DNA of 64,000 bases, taken from Escherichia phage St11Ph5. Position numbers and translations under genes: made by a program. Where the stretch lies: sequence record NC_070873.1; one strand, written 5' to 3'. Shown one piece after another: positions 61,870-64,000 of this stretch (the stretch's first letter is position 1; each line of letters starts with the position of its first letter). Below the pieces are notes generated by a model. The model did no database searches, was not told the DNA's origin, and saw only the letters and a program-made list of their open reading frames with translations.

Positions 61870-62069
61870 TTAGTCATGCCGCCTAGTAGACAGTGGCGGT
61901 ACTCGTAAAGAGTTAATAACTTCTACAGTCAGGGTTGCCCGGCTCCTTTCCTACCTAGTAGGCTAACGATACACATGTATCTAGGGTGATGAACTGACCC
62001 GTGATAGAAAACGGTAAGGGGTAGAGTCGAGAGGCTCTACCTCATTTCTTTTTCAGGAGGTATGCAAAT
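61870..62069 (+). promoter_or_regulatory. structured intergenic region with repeated CCTAGTAG and terminator-like hairpin
   Basis: CCTAGTAG at about 61882 and 61954; hairpins CCGCC...GGCGG and CCTAC-CTA-GTAGG; stem GGTAGAG/CTCTACC with T-tract just before RBS of next gene. Confidence 0.3.
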
Positions 62070-62468
62070 ATGAGCATCTACTGTTTTGATATTGATATTA
62101 CCGGAGTACTACTTATACAGGAACCTTATTACCTTGGGGAACCAGAAGTAGTAAGTAAGTTCATTACCCCGTGGCAAACAGTATTCTTACCTGACTGCGA
62201 AGAGTCCCATGAGGTTATTGGTTCTCTTTTCCTATCCAACCTGCAACTCAATACTAAGATACTTACTGAACCAAAGGTGTATGATCTTTCCTTTTATAGC
62301 GACTTTCAAATGCTCTTCCCTGGTGTACGTTTCTATAAGATAGATGGTTGGGAATTGATAGCTGACCATAATGTTTTTAATAAAACACTTTCCATTTACT
62401 TCAGACCTATTCCTAAAGGAAGGAAAATCAATCATGAAATTCATAATGACCATCCCCAGTTTTGCTGA
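62070..62468 (+). CDS. small protein, paralog family member 2
   Basis: 132 aa; AGGAGG RBS; motif VFLPDCEESHEVIGSLFL. Confidence 0.45.
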   Translation: MSIYCFDIDITGVLLIQEPYYLGEPEVVSKFITPWQTVFLPDCEESHEVIGSLFLSNLQLNTKILTEPKVYDLSFYSDFQMLFPGVRFYKIDGWELIADHNVFNKTLSIYFRPIPKGRKINHEIHNDHPQFC

Positions 62469-62748
62469 AAGGGAATCTATGTACACAACTGACTTCACTT
62501 TAGAAGAAGTCATGAACAGCAATCCTCAGCAAGTAATCCTGGTTCCTACCTTAGAAGATTATCATGAGGTAAGGGGTCAACTCTTCTTAGCAGGTAATGA
62601 CCGTAAGGTTGTATGTATTATTCCTCCTTCTGTCTATACCAACTATAACGCTAATGACCCTATCCCTTACATGATGGTATCTGATGACTATCAGTGGGAG
62701 AGTCGTTATGTGAAGGGTGAATACCGTTACTACTATACAAGGAAGTAA
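62434..62748 (+). CDS. small protein, paralog family member 3
   Basis: ORF 62371..62748; preferred ATG 62434 after AAGGAAGG; motif VILVPTLEDYHEVRGQLFL; overlaps member 2 by about 35 nt. Confidence 0.45.
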   Translation: MKFIMTIPSFAERESMYTTDFTLEEVMNSNPQQVILVPTLEDYHEVRGQLFLAGNDRKVVCIIPPSVYTNYNANDPIPYMMVSDDYQWESRYVKGEYRYYYTRK

Positions 62749-62751
62749 GTT

Positions 62752-63075
62752 ATGCGCTTCTACTCATTAGTTGCACTAAGTACAAGCTGCTATCTCAGTA
62801 CTGTAACTAAACAGGATTGTTTAAATGGTAAACTGGATGGAACTACTATCCTGTATGAACCAAATGAAGAAGCAGATGAGTTCATAGGTACATGCCTAAT
62901 GTTAGGTATACCCATCACTTTCATTAAGATAGATACATCAGTTGAGATATCTGAATTTGCAAGGGTGTACATCCTATCAACTGCTGAACCTATGGTAGTA
63001 ACTACCCTAACAGGTAGACTTATTACCCTCTACCCATCTACCTCATATTTATCTAGCGACGAGTGTGCCCTATGA
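62752..63075 (+). CDS. small protein, paralog family member 4
   Basis: 107 aa; motif TILYEPNEEADEFIGTCLML. Confidence 0.45.
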   Translation: MRFYSLVALSTSCYLSTVTKQDCLNGKLDGTTILYEPNEEADEFIGTCLMLGIPITFIKIDTSVEISEFARVYILSTAEPMVVTTLTGRLITLYPSTSYLSSDECAL

Positions 63076-63413
63076 ATAGAGTACTGTACCTTCATCAATA
63101 TACAGATGATGTCTCTGTTTACTCCGAGAATGTCAATAAAGCTATTGATTGGTTACTGCCACAAGACTGTCATATGCTTATGCTATCTGGCGAGTTAGCA
63201 GATAGTACCCGTGGTTCCATCCTTCTACTTAACAGTCTAGCTAAGTTAACCATCCTTAACCCAGGTGAATCCATAGAGATACCTGCAGGTGAATCTGCAT
63301 TTTTGTTCTTTGAACCAAGGATAGAAGAAGGGTTTGTTGGGCTTACTATAGATAGCAGACCTAATAAAGATTTTAAAAGAGTACGTATCATCACCCCAAG
63401 GGTATCTCTATGA
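63072..63413 (+). CDS. small protein, paralog family member 5
   Basis: ORF 63063..63413; ATG 63072 overlaps upstream stop (ATGA); motif MLMLSGELADSTRGSILL. Confidence 0.4.
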   Translation: MNRVLYLHQYTDDVSVYSENVNKAIDWLLPQDCHMLMLSGELADSTRGSILLLNSLAKLTILNPGESIEIPAGESAFLFFEPRIEEGFVGLTIDSRPNKDFKRVRIITPRVSL

Positions 63414-63739
63414 AACTAAACACATCCCCCTATCCAGTACAGCTAGAAGTAGTATTTGACCAGGATACCTTCATTAAAAAGTACAAGAAACTTAAAGGGT
63501 ATGAGCCAGACTTGGACGATTGTAAGGGGTATACTTCTTACTCTGGAAATCGAGTATTGATCGGTATCTTTAGGGAACCTTTACATACACTCATCCACGA
63601 ACTCAATCATTTCTGTTTATGGGTGTTTGACTACATAGGTATGCCTATAAACTCTGCCAATAGTGAAGCATATTGCTATTACTATGACCATATCTTCTCC
63701 CAGATTCCTTCCTCCTATTTAACTGCTTATAAGGGCTAA
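63410..63739 (+). CDS. small HExxH-motif protein (possible minimal zinc metallopeptidase-like)
   Basis: 109 aa; LIHELNHF motif; ATGA overlap with upstream gene. Confidence 0.4.
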   Translation: MKLNTSPYPVQLEVVFDQDTFIKKYKKLKGYEPDLDDCKGYTSYSGNRVLIGIFREPLHTLIHELNHFCLWVFDYIGMPINSANSEAYCYYYDHIFSQIPSSYLTAYKG

Positions 63740-63740
63740 C

Positions 63741-63875
63741 ATGTGGTATGTAACAGTCAAGGGCTTACCTGAACCAGTAATAGTACACAGCCTAGCTTTC
63801 GTAGAAGTTGGTGGACCATTGCTTGTAAACGGTAAGCTGTATGAGGTTTTAGGTATTAAACGCTATGACGAATAA
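63741..63875 (+). CDS. hypothetical small protein
   Basis: 44-aa ORF starting 2 nt after upstream stop; followed by hairpin GGGGTA...TACCCC. Confidence 0.25.
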   Translation: MWYVTVKGLPEPVIVHSLAFVEVGGPLLVNGKLYEVLGIKRYDE

Positions 63876-64000
63876 GGGGTAGATAGCTACCCCAACCATC
63901 TTTCATATTAATACCTCAAAGCTATCTGCTTATAGAGATAGTGCCTATAATATTTTTGCATGTCAAAATTGTGATAGCTATGTACAGCCATAGTGGTGTG

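Noticed and set aside
1-64000. Integrase, transposase, attachment sites or other mobile-element or lysogeny signatures
   Set aside because: No recombinase-like ORF or flanking direct repeats recognised; the gene content is that of a strictly lytic N4-like phage

Overview
This 64-kb window reads as most of the genome of an N4-like podovirus (Schitoviridae-type organisation). All calls come from reading the supplied ORF translations and the DNA by eye; no database search, tRNA scan or RNA folding was run, so product names are motif- and synteny-based. Plus-strand block (about 0.1-28.6 kb): an Ig-like decoration-type protein, small genes of unknown function, a MoxR-type AAA ATPase with a VWA/HExxH partner, dCTP-deaminase-like and ThyX genes, an rIIA/rIIB-like pair, an SF1 helicase, a family A DNA polymerase, a PD-(D/E)xK nuclease, a primase-like protein, and SSB-like and RuvC-like proteins, separated by a recurring family of GC-stem/T-run terminators. 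A coding-sparse, hairpin-dense locus of about 2.3 kb (25.1-27.4 kb) holds one reasonably canonical tRNA and two adjacent CCA-terminated tRNA-like modules that do not fold into a standard cloverleaf by hand; this is the most unusual part of the window. Minus-strand block (28.7-61.4 kb): a 3601-aa virion RNA polymerase, virion proteins, major capsid, portal, a lysis cassette (membrane proteins, GH108-type endolysin, Rz with embedded Rz1), two pectate-lyase-fold tailspikes and terminase. The right end (61.6-63.7 kb) carries a tandem array of five small paralogous genes plus a small HExxH protein. No integrase, transposase, CRISPR array or rRNA was seen. Hand-counted coordinates of hairpins and RNA elements may be off by 1-2 nt.
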